NCBI GenBank assembly: GCA_965227295.1
Contig: OZ245742.1
Location: 4,576,001-4,640,000, forward strand
Direction of reading: 5' to 3'
From: Leptonemataceae bacterium
GTDB lineage: Bacteria; Spirochaetota; Leptospiria; Leptospirales; Leptonemataceae
DNA length: 64,000 bases
In this document: positions 28,171 to 40,490 of the stretch, piece after piece
How positions within the stretch are numbered: the first letter of the stretch is position 1
Layout: each line of letters begins with the position of its first letter
The notes under the pieces: model-generated
Told to the model about the DNA's origin: nothing
Databases searched by the model: none
The model's input: only the letters and a program-made list of their open reading frames with translations
Program-made: the position numbers and the translations under genes

Positions 28171-28201
28171 ACGTAAAAATAAAGTTAACGATTCTGCGCA
28201 C

Positions 28202-29545
28202 TCAGCGAGCGCGCGAAACGAACAGGGCCCGACCGCGCAGGCGATAATCCAGCCACGCCGAGAGCAGGTCCGCCAGGGCCTCGACGCCGCCGTCCGTCCC
28301 GGCCTTCCCGCTTTCCCGGGCCCGGCGAAAACGTTCCGCGAGCTCCCGTCGCTCGGCAACCGTAAAACCGCCGGGGACGATCAACAAACCGTCGCCGGCA
28401 TGGAAGCGACCTTCCACAATCTTCACGGTGTCCTCGCCTTCCGGGGTACTGTCGGGGAGCAAATACAGCCGCCCGTTTTTTTCGCGAAAGAACGCCGGCT
28501 GCATCCCCGAGGCGATGCAGCGAAACGAACCGCGCATGCGCAGTTCCAAACTGAGGCTGGTGTACCCGCTCTCCGCGCCGGAGGGCGTACTGCGCAGCAA
28601 TTCCCGATGCTCGCGGATGCAGTCCGGGGCAAACTGGAGCCGATCAAAAAAAGCGAGGGCGTAGTCCGGCGAAAGCTTGCGCTTCGATGCGAGCATCGAA
28701 ATCTTTAGGAGATCCCCGTCCCGGCGCAGGCAGTAGCGCCGGTACATGCCGCCCCGGGTGGAACCGGCAATGCGATAGTGCAACACGCCGGCCTGGTGGA
28801 CCTCGGCTCTGGTCGCGCCGGCAGCATGCGCCGCGTTTGCCGCATTCGTGCTTCCGGGTGCTCCCAGTTGCCGACGGTCCGCGGGCGACGGCATGTGGGC
28901 CGGCCGCGCCTGGCCTGGATCTTCCTCGACCACGTGCGGCGCGCGGGCCCGAACAACCGAAGGGACGGCCGTGGCGGTTTCCGCGGGCAGCATCAATCGT
29001 TCCGCCTTCGACGGACGCGGACTCAACCAGCGTTCCAGCGGCGAACGCTCCGCCGCCCAGACGACGAAACACACCGGCTCGAACTGCGACTGCCGCATCT
29101 TCGCGAGGATTTCCTGCTCGGGGATGGTAAGCACGCGGGCATGGCCGGCGTCACGGCCGGATGTTGCGAGCCACTCGGCCAGGCGATCCTGTAAACTCTC
29201 GGCGGCGTACGGTGAACGGCGACCGGATACGATCAGGCCGGCGCGGAACGGGCTGCGATCATAGAGAAAAAAGTTCTGATCCCGGGGCCCGGCGTCGATG
29301 CCGCGCGCACGCAGGTAGCGCAAATACGCCGGCGGCAGATGCACGTCTTCGATGAAACGATACGAACGATCTTCGGGAAGATTTTCGAGAAAGGAGCGCA
29401 CGATGAGCGGCACGGGCGTATGCCGCAAAAGAAAACGAGTGAACCAGCCGGGACTCCGGACCTCGGGAAGTTCGCGGCTGCCGTCATCCCGGAGCGGCGC
29501 CAGGCTGTGCATGGGCAGCGCGGCGGGAGCTTCAACGACCGCCAT
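28202..29545 (-). CDS. Hypothetical protein with degenerate SpoIIE/PP2C-like C-terminal domain
   Basis: RGGMY, IASGMQP and FHAGDGLLIVPGG align by eye with GGDFY, ANAGHPP and L.PGD.LLLYTDG. Confidence 0.55.
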   Translation of the reverse strand: MAVVEAPAALPMHSLAPLRDDGSRELPEVRSPGWFTRFLLRHTPVPLIVRSFLENLPEDRSYRFIEDVHLPPAYLRYLRARGIDAGPRDQNFFLYDRSPFRAGLIVSGRRSPYAAESLQDRLAEWLATSGRDAGHARVLTIPEQEILAKMRQSQFEPVCFVVWAAERSPLERWLSPRPSKAERLMLPAETATAVPSVVRARAPHVVEEDPGQARPAHMPSPADRRQLGAPGSTNAANAAHAAGATRAEVHQAGVLHYRIAGSTRGGMYRRYCLRRDGDLLKISMLASKRKLSPDYALAFFDRLQFAPDCIREHRELLRSTPSGAESGYTSLSLELRMRGSFRCIASGMQPAFFREKNGRLYLLPDSTPEGEDTVKIVEGRFHAGDGLLIVPGGFTVAERRELAERFRRARESGKAGTDGGVEALADLLSAWLDYRLRGRALFVSRAR

Positions 29546-29981
29546 AGTGCGCCTCCACGACTTCGAAGGCCCCCTGGATGCGCCGGCCGAGGGCGGTCAA
29601 AATCTTAAACGCCCAGCGCGGATGGCTCTGCAAAATCATGGCGAAGCTGCTTTCTTTCAGCGCGAGCAACTTCGTGGGCGCCGCCGCGATCAACGTGGCA
29701 CTGCGCGGCGCGTTTTCAATGAGGGCCATCTCGCCGAAGATCTCTCCCGGCCCCAGGGAGTTGAGAATCTTGTAGCTGCCGCGATCGACCTTCTCCGTAA
29801 CCACCACGCGACCGCTGATGATCAAATACACCTCGCGGCCGAACTCCCCTTCGCGGATGATGATCTGCTTTTGTTCGTAGGCCTGGCCGTACTTCGCGTA
29901 CAGTTCCGCGGTGATCGCCTGCTCGCCTTCGAAGCCGAGCTTGATCAAATCGAAGTCGTGGTGTTCGGCGAACTGTTGCAT
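29532..29981 (-). CDS. Stand-alone cyclic nucleotide-binding domain protein
   Basis: IIREGE, YLIISGRV, PGEIFGEMALIENAPRSAT phosphate-binding cassette. Confidence 0.88.
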   Translation of the reverse strand: MQQFAEHHDFDLIKLGFEGEQAITAELYAKYGQAYEQKQIIIREGEFGREVYLIISGRVVVTEKVDRGSYKILNSLGPGEIFGEMALIENAPRSATLIAAAPTKLLALKESSFAMILQSHPRWAFKILTALGRRIQGAFEVVEAHYGGR

Positions 29982-30361
29982 CAGTCGAGCTTCTTAATCC
30001 CGGCGTTGATCTGTCGCAGCATGGCACTGAGATTGCGGATGGCCAGCAGGGCGAACTTCAAATTGCCCATCATGTTCTTTTCGAGTTCCTGGCGAGAGAA
30101 GCCCATGGCCTGGACCTCGGTCTTCGCCCGGGCCATCGTCAGCCGTTCGGTGCCGGTATAAACCTCCAGCATGCCGAAGAGATCGCCCTGGGTGTACTCG
30201 AACAGTTCCTTCTTCAGCGGCGTATAGCTGCGGCTGAGTTCCACTTCGCCGCTCAGAATCAGAAACACGCACGGCTCCGTGACGAGGTAGTCCGCCTTGT
30301 ATATGACGTCGTCCGGCTGAAAGCTGCACGGCGTCCCCTGTTCGGTAAGCTGGAAGGCCAT
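29981..30361 (-). CDS. Stand-alone cyclic nucleotide-binding domain protein
   Basis: FLILSGEV, GDLFGMLE...ERLTMARA; TGATG coupling to the next gene. Confidence 0.8.
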   Translation of the reverse strand: MAFQLTEQGTPCSFQPDDVIYKADYLVTEPCVFLILSGEVELSRSYTPLKKELFEYTQGDLFGMLEVYTGTERLTMARAKTEVQAMGFSRQELEKNMMGNLKFALLAIRNLSAMLRQINAGIKKLD

Positions 30362-30460
30362 ATGGGTGATGAGACGAATCGATCTACTATATAGAGTATC
30401 GGATTCGTATAAAACAATGCTTTACCGCACACAAGCCGTTTTCACACAGTCAGGAGCCGC

Positions 30461-31456
30461 ATGAAAGTCTCGTTCGACGAATGTTTCCAGACATTCCCGG
30501 CCATCCAGGCGCCCGAGGACCTCGATAAGTTCTGGCAAAAAGCCCTGCTGGCCCTGAAAAAAATCCCCCTCGACCCGAAGCAGCGCCTGGTGCTCTCGAA
30601 GTCCCTGGGCCGTGAGTCCCGCAGCGAGGTCTCGTTCCAGAGCTTCGGATCCCACCGGCTCCAGGGTCTGCTGTCGATCCCCCGTCGCCGGGGCAAGATC
30701 CCCATCGTCATTTCCTTTCACGATTACCACCAACCTCCGCTGGAGATGGACCGGGCCTTCACGGCCGAGGGCCTCGCGCACCTGGCAGTCCGCCTCCGGG
30801 GCCACGAGGTTGTGGCTCCGACGCCGCCTCCCGCGGGAACGCCAGGCGCACCCACGGACCGTCCCCCCGGCACCGAGTCCACGGCCGGGTTTCCGTCGTC
30901 TCTCTACGAGACCGGCCTGGATCCGGTAGAAACCTCTTACCCGTTCGCGTGTTATCTGGATGCCCTGCGTTGCGTGGACTTTCTCCGGCTACAGAAGGGA
31001 TTGGATTCCGGGCGCATCGGCCTGCTGGGCCGTGGTTTCGGCGCGGCCCAGGCGGTGTTTCTGGCCGCCCGGCTCAAGGACAGCGTACGGGCCGTGGCCC
31101 TGGAACGCCCTGGCTTTGTCTGGCTGCCGGGTTGGCTCGAAGACGCCGGGGGCGACCTCGGGGAAGAAGCGCGGGCCGTGCTCGGGAACGGCAGCGCCCG
31201 GGCCAAAGGCCGCGCGAAGAAGGCCCTCGCCTACGTCGATCCTCTCAACTGGGCCGAGGGAATCGAAAGCCCGGTGCTCACCGCTGTCTGTCTGGAAGAT
31301 GAGATCAACCCACCGCGTCCCGGTTTCGGTTTTTTCAATCGGCTGCAAACCGAAAAGGCCATGGAACTCTATCCCGACGAAAACGCCGACCCGGGCGGTC
31401 GCGAACAACAGAAGAAGTCACTGAAGTTTCTGGCCGAATTTCTCCAGAAACGCTGA
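30461..31456 (+). CDS. Acetylxylan esterase/cephalosporin-C deacetylase (CE7)-like protein, probably catalytically inactive
   Basis: PEDLDKFW, YLDALRCVDFL, LAYVDPLN, D...PP; nucleophile elbow is GRGFG instead of GxSxG. Confidence 0.75.
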   Translation: MKVSFDECFQTFPAIQAPEDLDKFWQKALLALKKIPLDPKQRLVLSKSLGRESRSEVSFQSFGSHRLQGLLSIPRRRGKIPIVISFHDYHQPPLEMDRAFTAEGLAHLAVRLRGHEVVAPTPPPAGTPGAPTDRPPGTESTAGFPSSLYETGLDPVETSYPFACYLDALRCVDFLRLQKGLDSGRIGLLGRGFGAAQAVFLAARLKDSVRAVALERPGFVWLPGWLEDAGGDLGEEARAVLGNGSARAKGRAKKALAYVDPLNWAEGIESPVLTAVCLEDEINPPRPGFGFFNRLQTEKAMELYPDENADPGGREQQKKSLKFLAEFLQKR

Positions 31457-31546
31457 TTCACGGCATTTTTTGCAGAATATCGCTTTACGCCCGCGGTGCC
31501 TCCCCCGATCTGTCCCTGATTAACGGAAAAGTATCGCACAGCAATC

Positions 31547-31885
31547 ATGAGTGAAGAAAACAAAACCAGCACCCAGCAATCATCCGGTCAGGGCGGAGAT
31601 CGCGAAAACCGCGGCGGCGACAACCGCGATAACCGTGACAATCGCGACAACCGTGGTGGGGATCGTCGCGGCGGCAAACGCCCGCGCTATCGCAAGAAGG
31701 TCCTCGATACCCGCAACCTGAAGATCGACTACAAACATCCTGAGGTGCTGGAACGCTTCATCTCGAAGACCGGCAAGATCCTGCCGCGCCGCATGACCGG
31801 CGCCACGGCTCGTGTGCAGCGCAAGATCGCCCGGGAAATCAAACGCGCCCGGCAGATCGGCCTCCTCCCCTTCACCCGACGCTGA
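31547..31885 (+). CDS. rpsR: 30S ribosomal protein S18 with N-terminal low-complexity extension
   Basis: IDYK...[18 protein letters not shown]...[18 protein letters not shown]. Confidence 0.93.
   Translation: MSEENKTSTQQSSGQGGDRENRGGDNRDNRDNRDNRGGDRRGGKRPRYRKKVLDTRNLKIDYKHPEVLERFISKTGKILPRRMTGATARVQRKIAREIKRARQIGLLPFTRR
31619..31654 (+). repeat. In-frame 9-bp tandem repeat (DNR)x4 in rpsR
   Basis: GACAACCGC GATAACCGT GACAATCGC GACAACCGT. Confidence 0.8.
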
Positions 31886-32026
31886 TTCGCCTCCGGCGCA
31901 CAGCGTTCTCACTGGACGAAGTCCTCCTCCTCAGGAAAAAGGCTGTCGCTGGAGTCCCCTCGTCCTAATATGTAACGAGCAGGCCGCACCCCTACAACAA
32001 ACAGGCCTGCAGGAGCACCCCGGCCC

Positions 32027-34847
<2,821 letters not shown>

Positions 34848-34873
<26 letters not shown>

Positions 34874-35477
34874 ACGATTCCCCGGACGGCAGCTCTTCCC
34901 ATCCCATGATCATCGCTTTGATGTTGGCGAGCGGCGTTGTGCCGGTCGTCGTTAAGTAGACGTGAGCGATGGTGAACGCCACCAGGGCGAACGCCCCGAG
35001 CGTGTGAAACCAGGCGACGGCCCCCAGGTCGAACGGCATCCAGCCGCTTGCGTGCAGTTTCTTGTAGTACATGTACAATAACCCGCTCGTAACCATTACG
35101 GGGATGACCAGGATCTTGAGGCCCAGGTACGCGAGCTTCTGCAACGGGTTCAGTTTATTCAGCACGGTCTTTTTCGTCGGATGCGGTTCGTCCCGGAAGA
35201 TTCCGGTCACATAGTAACGAACCTGCTCCCGCAGGAATTTCCGGGTGGGCACGTACTGCCGCCATTCGCCGGTGGTGACGTGCCAGAAGACGGCAAAGGC
35301 GATCAGGGCCATCAACAACCAGGCCGCCGTATTGTGGAAGGCGACGGCCTGGGCGAAGCCGAAGAACTCGAAGGTACCGTGAATCTCGAAACCGGTAAAG
35401 ATCAGCAGGAGAATCAACGTCGCCTGAGACCAGTGCCAGAAACGTTCGAAGCCCCGGTAAATGTACACCCGGCGCAC
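34848..35477 (-). CDS. Cytochrome b subunit (thiosulfate reductase PhsC/YdhU-like)
   Basis: ERFWHW, four TM segments with His ligands, KLNPLQKLAY; GTG start 1 nt after the preceding stop. Confidence 0.85.
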
Positions 35478-35478
35478 G

Positions 35479-36675
35479 TTAGCAGCCCCCCTGGACTTTT
35501 TTGATCTTTCGTTTCACCGGACTGGAGAATCGTTTGAGCGCCTCTTCCAGATAGCGCAGACGTTGCGCCGCATTCCGCCGAAAGCGATAGTTGAGCATTT
35601 CATCCCGACCGGCCCCGGCCGGCGGGGCTTCGCTTTCGTAAAACATCTTTCGAAATTCCGCCGGCGATTCGGTGATGTAGTAGCTCTCGGTTTTGCCGAT
35701 CAGGTTCGCCAGGAGGGCGGCGCGCACGGCCTCGGACGGGTCGTCGGAATAGAAGACGTTTTTCAGGTTCACCCGGGTGTAGTAGTGACTCCAGGCGCGC
35801 TGCTGCATTTCGTCGAACGGAATGTGCACCGCCAGCGGTAGGTGAAACTCATCGTAAGCTTGTTTGTCGCGGACATCGATGAGATTAATGCGATAGTGGT
35901 CATGCATGAGGTCGTAGGCGAGCTTGTCGATGCTGATGTGCCGGTGTTCGTTTTGCTTTTGATAGGCGGGATCCTGGACGCGATTGCGGATACTCTCGGC
36001 CCGGGTCGGCTTGATGGCAACGAAGGCCACGATCAAGACGGCCGCACCGAGGACGGCGGCAAATCGGTTCCGAAAGGCCGGCGAGAAGCGCGCCGGCTCA
36101 CCGTTTACTTTTTTTTCGATGAGGCCCGTAAGCCAGAAGGCCAGCGCGGCGATCACCGTGATCACGAAAGCGAAGAGTTCCAGCGACCATCCCAAGAGTT
36201 CGTTGAAACGCAGTGCGCCCCAGTTCTCGCTCGTGTACAGGCTTTCCAGGAGCGGATAACCTTCCGTAAATCCGAGGATGCCGATCAACGCCCCGCCCAC
36301 GAAAACAAAAGCGTCCAGCCGCCCGATCGACAGCGCGCACAGGCTCGTGCCCGGACAATAGCCGCCGATGAGAAAGCCCACGCCCATGATCGCTCCGCCG
36401 ACCAGGGCGGACCAGAGAAACGTCGGGTTTACGTAGACGAGGCTGAGATCCAGCAGGCCGAAGTTATGAAGCAGCAGAATGCCGATCATGGCCGTAACGC
36501 CCGCGGTAAAAAAGACGCGCAGCACGGTGAAGTCGTAACCGTAAAACAAACCGACGAGTTTACGGCTCGACGAGAAGCCGGCCTGTTCCAGAAAAAAACC
36601 GAAGCCGATGCCCGAAAGCACGGCGATCAACAGGCTGAACTCTTCGCTGAAGACGTCCGGTACCAACGGTCCCAT
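35479..36675 (-). CDS. YeeE/YedE sulfur transporter fused to a rhodanese-like domain
   Basis: GIGFGFFLEQAGF, GGYCPGT; LIDVR...FHLP rhodanese fold; C-terminal KKVQGGC. Confidence 0.85.
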   Translation of the reverse strand: MGPLVPDVFSEEFSLLIAVLSGIGFGFFLEQAGFSSSRKLVGLFYGYDFTVLRVFFTAGVTAMIGILLLHNFGLLDLSLVYVNPTFLWSALVGGAIMGVGFLIGGYCPGTSLCALSIGRLDAFVFVGGALIGILGFTEGYPLLESLYTSENWGALRFNELLGWSLELFAFVITVIAALAFWLTGLIEKKVNGEPARFSPAFRNRFAAVLGAAVLIVAFVAIKPTRAESIRNRVQDPAYQKQNEHRHISIDKLAYDLMHDHYRINLIDVRDKQAYDEFHLPLAVHIPFDEMQQRAWSHYYTRVNLKNVFYSDDPSEAVRAALLANLIGKTESYYITESPAEFRKMFYESEAPPAGAGRDEMLNYRFRRNAAQRLRYLEEALKRFSSPVKRKIKKVQGGC

Positions 36676-36676
36676 C

Positions 36677-37204
36677 TTACTGCTTCCCTCCGATCCACAA
36701 ACGCCGGCCGAAGTATGCCACCGCGTACGCCGATCCGAAGATCGCCATCATGGTGACGATGCCCCCGAACGACATGACCGCCATGCCGCTGAGAGCCGAA
36801 CCGCTCGTGCAGCCGCGCCCGAGCTGCGCCCCGAATCCGAAGAGCGCCCCGCCGATCAACGCGGCGATCATGCGGCTGCGATTGCTTACTCCCGGCCCCT
36901 TGTTCACCGAGAAGCCGATGCGGCCGCTGATCACGCCGGAGAGGAACGCGCCGATGAAAACGCCGAGCACCTCGAAGACCAACCAGGAGTGCAACGGTCC
37001 CTTCGGATGCGTTTCCTGATAGTCCTTATAAAAAGCGGTGTCGGCGTAATGCTCCGGCGCCGCCTGTTCCACCCCGCTGATCACGAAGCTCTTGAGGGCG
37101 CCGCTCGCGCCGAGCCCGCGCCCGGTTACGTAGAAAGTAAGCAATAAGACCAGGCCCAGATACAGACCGGCCAGGTACGGATTCATAAACGGTTTTGTTT
37201 TCAC
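36677..37204 (-). CDS. YeeE/YedE family protein
   Basis: NPYLAG, GLGASG, GGALFGFGAQLGRGCTSG. Confidence 0.88.
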   Translation of the reverse strand: MKTKPFMNPYLAGLYLGLVLLLTFYVTGRGLGASGALKSFVISGVEQAAPEHYADTAFYKDYQETHPKGPLHSWLVFEVLGVFIGAFLSGVISGRIGFSVNKGPGVSNRSRMIAALIGGALFGFGAQLGRGCTSGSALSGMAVMSFGGIVTMMAIFGSAYAVAYFGRRLWIGGKQ

Positions 37205-38817
37205 GGCTCTCCTCCTTTGCGATTCCCGAGCGGCGCCGTCGCGGCGGACGCCTTTCTTCGATACGCACCGCGCACACGCAGGCTCGCGTGCAACAGAACG
37301 GCAATGAGCGTCAACAGAACGAGGCCCTTGCCGACGATTTCCACGAACGGGATCGTATCCCGCCCGGGAAGATAAAATCCTTTCAGCTTCGCCAGGCGAC
37401 CGGCATCGCTCCGGCTATGGCAATCGTTGCAGGCGAGCGACTCCTTCGCCGGGCTGACCATATGATTCACGGGCCAGTACATTTCCGTTTCGACAAAATC
37501 GAATTTCCCGCTGTACGGCAGACCGACTCGCCGCATCCCCTCACGGGCCGCACTGTCCCAATCAAAATCTTTCCAGAACGCACCTTCGCCTTTATGCGCG
37601 GCCACCAACTTCGGCTGAATCAGCATACGATGTTCCGGATCCCAGATCTGATCGCCGCGATGAATTTTTACCGGAAAGATCTTCGACTCCGGATCGTCGT
37701 GGCTGCCGTTCAGCGTGTTGATTTGCACGGGAATGTCTCCGGGTTCCACGCGATCTCCCAGGAAGTAGTGGTCCGCGGTACCATTGAACCAGAGATAGTC
37801 CGGCTTCAGATTTTTGCCCCACTGGAAGCGCCCCTTTTTTGAGAGATAGGTGATGTTACCGTCCTCGTCTTTCTCCGTGAACGGTTCCCCGTCGCGCAAC
37901 TCGCCCGCTGCCGACCAACGCCAGTCCGTTTTCGTCGCGTTCACTTTCGCGTAGTACGGAATATGGCAGGTCTGGCATGCCACCTTTTCGTAGTGCCGGT
38001 TCAACAGTTCGTTCGTGTGCGGTACTTCGCCGTGACACTGCGCGCAGGTCGCGCGGTTGACGTTCTCCGAGGAAACCGAGTAGAGCTTCCCTTTCATGAC
38101 GTGATTCTCCGCGGTATGACACGTCACACAGGACATGTCCATGCCGTTGGCGGCCATGTGCACGTCCACATCCCGGGTGGTCGACAGCAGCGCCTCTTCC
38201 AGATCGCCGTGCTTTACGTTGTTGCCGCCGCCCGAGTAAAAATGACACGAGCCGCAGTTCATCTTTTGCGGAGCGCCTACGCTGCGCGCGACGTTGGTAA
38301 GATTCACCCGCCGATCGGGATAGCCGGCAACCTGCGAACCTTTTTGATACTCCGCGCTGTTGTCGTGGCAGACCATGCAGTCGACGTTGGCGCCGTTTCC
38401 GAAATCGAAGGCGGCGGCGTTCGCCATGCCGAAGCCGATGTGACACTTCGCGCAGGTTTGTTCGTTCGAAGACGCGCTGATGCAGAAGTTGTTGAACGAA
38501 TTCTTTTTTCCGCCGGCCACCAGACCGCGGCCCTCGATGTACTCCACGCGCTCCCAGTTCCAGTGCGAGGAGGCCATCACCTCCTTGTGGCGTTCCGTGT
38601 GACAACCGATGCAGGTCAGCGTAACTTCCTGCGGGCTCGCAAAGTTTCGATTGAGTTGCGGCAGACGCGCATGGTCTACGGACGGCACCGGAAAGATCGC
38701 GTACTCCTGCTTGAGCCGTTCGAGTTTCAGGTTCGGCTCTTTGCCGCGGAAGATCACACCGGCCAGCCCCAATAGCAAAGCCGTGCAGGTAAAAATGAAG
38801 GCAAGGCGTCGGTTCAT
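37201..38817 (-). CDS. otr: Octaheme tetrathionate reductase-family c-type cytochrome
   Basis: Eight CxxCH motifs (CIGCH, CAKCH, CMVCH, CGSCH, CVTCH, CAQCH, CQTCH, CNDCH); SHWNW, NNFC, GGGNNVKHGD, DVHM; signal peptide and C-terminal TM. Confidence 0.88.
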   Translation of the reverse strand: MNRRLAFIFTCTALLLGLAGVIFRGKEPNLKLERLKQEYAIFPVPSVDHARLPQLNRNFASPQEVTLTCIGCHTERHKEVMASSHWNWERVEYIEGRGLVAGGKKNSFNNFCISASSNEQTCAKCHIGFGMANAAAFDFGNGANVDCMVCHDNSAEYQKGSQVAGYPDRRVNLTNVARSVGAPQKMNCGSCHFYSGGGNNVKHGDLEEALLSTTRDVDVHMAANGMDMSCVTCHTAENHVMKGKLYSVSSENVNRATCAQCHGEVPHTNELLNRHYEKVACQTCHIPYYAKVNATKTDWRWSAAGELRDGEPFTEKDEDGNITYLSKKGRFQWGKNLKPDYLWFNGTADHYFLGDRVEPGDIPVQINTLNGSHDDPESKIFPVKIHRGDQIWDPEHRMLIQPKLVAAHKGEGAFWKDFDWDSAAREGMRRVGLPYSGKFDFVETEMYWPVNHMVSPAKESLACNDCHSRSDAGRLAKLKGFYLPGRDTIPFVEIVGKGLVLLTLIAVLLHASLRVRGAYRRKASAATAPLGNRKGGEP

Positions 38818-39119
38818 GTCCGTCTCAGATTCCCTCCGTGACAGTATGGAGTGTCGAGACTCTCCGTCGCACGCCAACATGAGACGGCCAGTAAAATCGC
38901 CGGCCGGCACTGCATTGTAGTAGGGATCGAGACGCGGTCTCGTCTCCGCGAATCCCGGCCCGGCGGCAAATTCTACGCCTCCGAGAGCCCCGAAAGCCCG
39001 GCGGATTTCCGGTATACAGATTTTCCCCGCGCCGACAAAACGACTCCGTCGTGTGACTTCGACTTGTCGCACCGGCAATCATCGTTAACTTACACGAAAG
39101 ACGTATTCAGGAACGGAGC

Positions 39120-40436
39120 ATGGCAGAAATCAAAGTCCCTCAGATGGGCGAATCCATCACCGAAGCAACCGTGGCCGACTGGCACTTCCAGCCAGGCGAT
39201 AGTTTCAACAGCGGCGACATCATTGTCGAACTGGAGACGGACAAGGTCACCATGGAAGTCCCCGCCCCGGAAGCGGGCACGCTCAAAGAAATCAAGAAAG
39301 ACTCCGGCGAGACCGTAAGCATCGACGAGGTCCTGGCGGTCTTCGAGGCCGGCGCGGGTTCCGGCGACAGCGGCGGTTCCGCGAAATCCGAAAGCAAATC
39401 CGAAGCAAAGTCCGAAGAGAAAAGCGAAGCGAGCAGCAGTTCCTCTTCGACGGCGAGTTCTTCCGGCGGCGGCAATCAAAGCGGCAGCGGCCCGCTGAAC
39501 GATACCGTTCCCCCCGGGGCGCGGCGCCTGGCCGAAGAAGAAGGCGTCGACCTTTCGAAGGTCACCGGCACCGGCAAGCGCGGCCAGATCACCAAAGAAG
39601 ACGTGGTCAATTACATTGAGCAACGCTCCAGTTCGAAATCATCCGGCGGGAGCGGTTCTTCGTCGGACTCGTCAAAATCGTCCGGCTCTTCAAAATCTTC
39701 CGACAGCGGACCGAGCCGGCCGCCGAAGCAACCCGGCGAACGTGAGACCGTGGTGCCCATGTCCCGCCTGCGCCAGCGCATCGCTGAACGTCTGGTGGAA
39801 GCGCAGCAGACCGCGGCCATCCTCACGACCTTCAACGAGGTGGACATGCACAATCTCATGTCCATGCGTTCGAAGTACAAAGAGTCATTCAAAGACAAAC
39901 ACGAGGTCGGGCTGGGCTTCATGTCGTTCTTCGTGAAGGCTTCCATTGAAGCGCTCAAGGCCTATCCGGCCGTCAACGCGGAGATCCGCGACGGCAGCAT
40001 GGTCTACAAGAACTTCTACGACATCGGCGTGGCCGTCGGCGGACCGAAGGGCCTGGTGGTCCCGGTCATCCGCGACGCGGACGAACTCAGTTTCGCCGGC
40101 ATAGAGCAGGAGATCGGCCGCCTGGCAGGCAAGGTCAAAGACGGCTCCATCGGCCTGGACGATCTCCAGGGCGGCACGTTCACCATCTCCAACGGCGGCA
40201 TCTACGGTTCCATGATGTCCACGCCCATCCTCAATCCGCCCCAGAGCGGAATTCTCGGCATGCACAACATCACGAAGCGGCCCATGGTCATCGGCGACGA
40301 AATCAAGATCCGCCCCATGATGTACGTGGCCCTCTCCTACGATCACCGCATCATCGACGGCAAAGAGGCCGTGAGTTTCCTGGTGCGCCTCAAAGAGTGC
40401 ATCGAGAACCCGGAACGCATGCTGCTGGACATCTAA
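39120..40436 (+). CDS. sucB: Dihydrolipoyllysine succinyltransferase E2
   Basis: Lipoyl ETDKV; E3-binding [31 protein letters not shown]. Confidence 0.96.
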   Translation: MAEIKVPQMGESITEATVADWHFQPGDSFNSGDIIVELETDKVTMEVPAPEAGTLKEIKKDSGETVSIDEVLAVFEAGAGSGDSGGSAKSESKSEAKSEEKSEASSSSSSTASSSGGGNQSGSGPLNDTVPPGARRLAEEEGVDLSKVTGTGKRGQITKEDVVNYIEQRSSSKSSGGSGSSSDSSKSSGSSKSSDSGPSRPPKQPGERETVVPMSRLRQRIAERLVEAQQTAAILTTFNEVDMHNLMSMRSKYKESFKDKHEVGLGFMSFFVKASIEALKAYPAVNAEIRDGSMVYKNFYDIGVAVGGPKGLVVPVIRDADELSFAGIEQEIGRLAGKVKDGSIGLDDLQGGTFTISNGGIYGSMMSTPILNPPQSGILGMHNITKRPMVIGDEIKIRPMMYVALSYDHRIIDGKEAVSFLVRLKECIENPERMLLDI

Positions 40437-40490
40437 GAACACGGCGACTCAGCGCGCCGGCGCGCGCTTAACTTTCAGGAACTTTACTTT

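Noticed and set aside
35479..35490. Possible selenocysteine after the terminal GGC of the YeeE-rhodanese protein
   Set aside because: The stop codon is TAA, not TGA
39360..39720. Ser-rich low-complexity tracts in sucB
   Set aside because: Ordinary flexible E2 linkers
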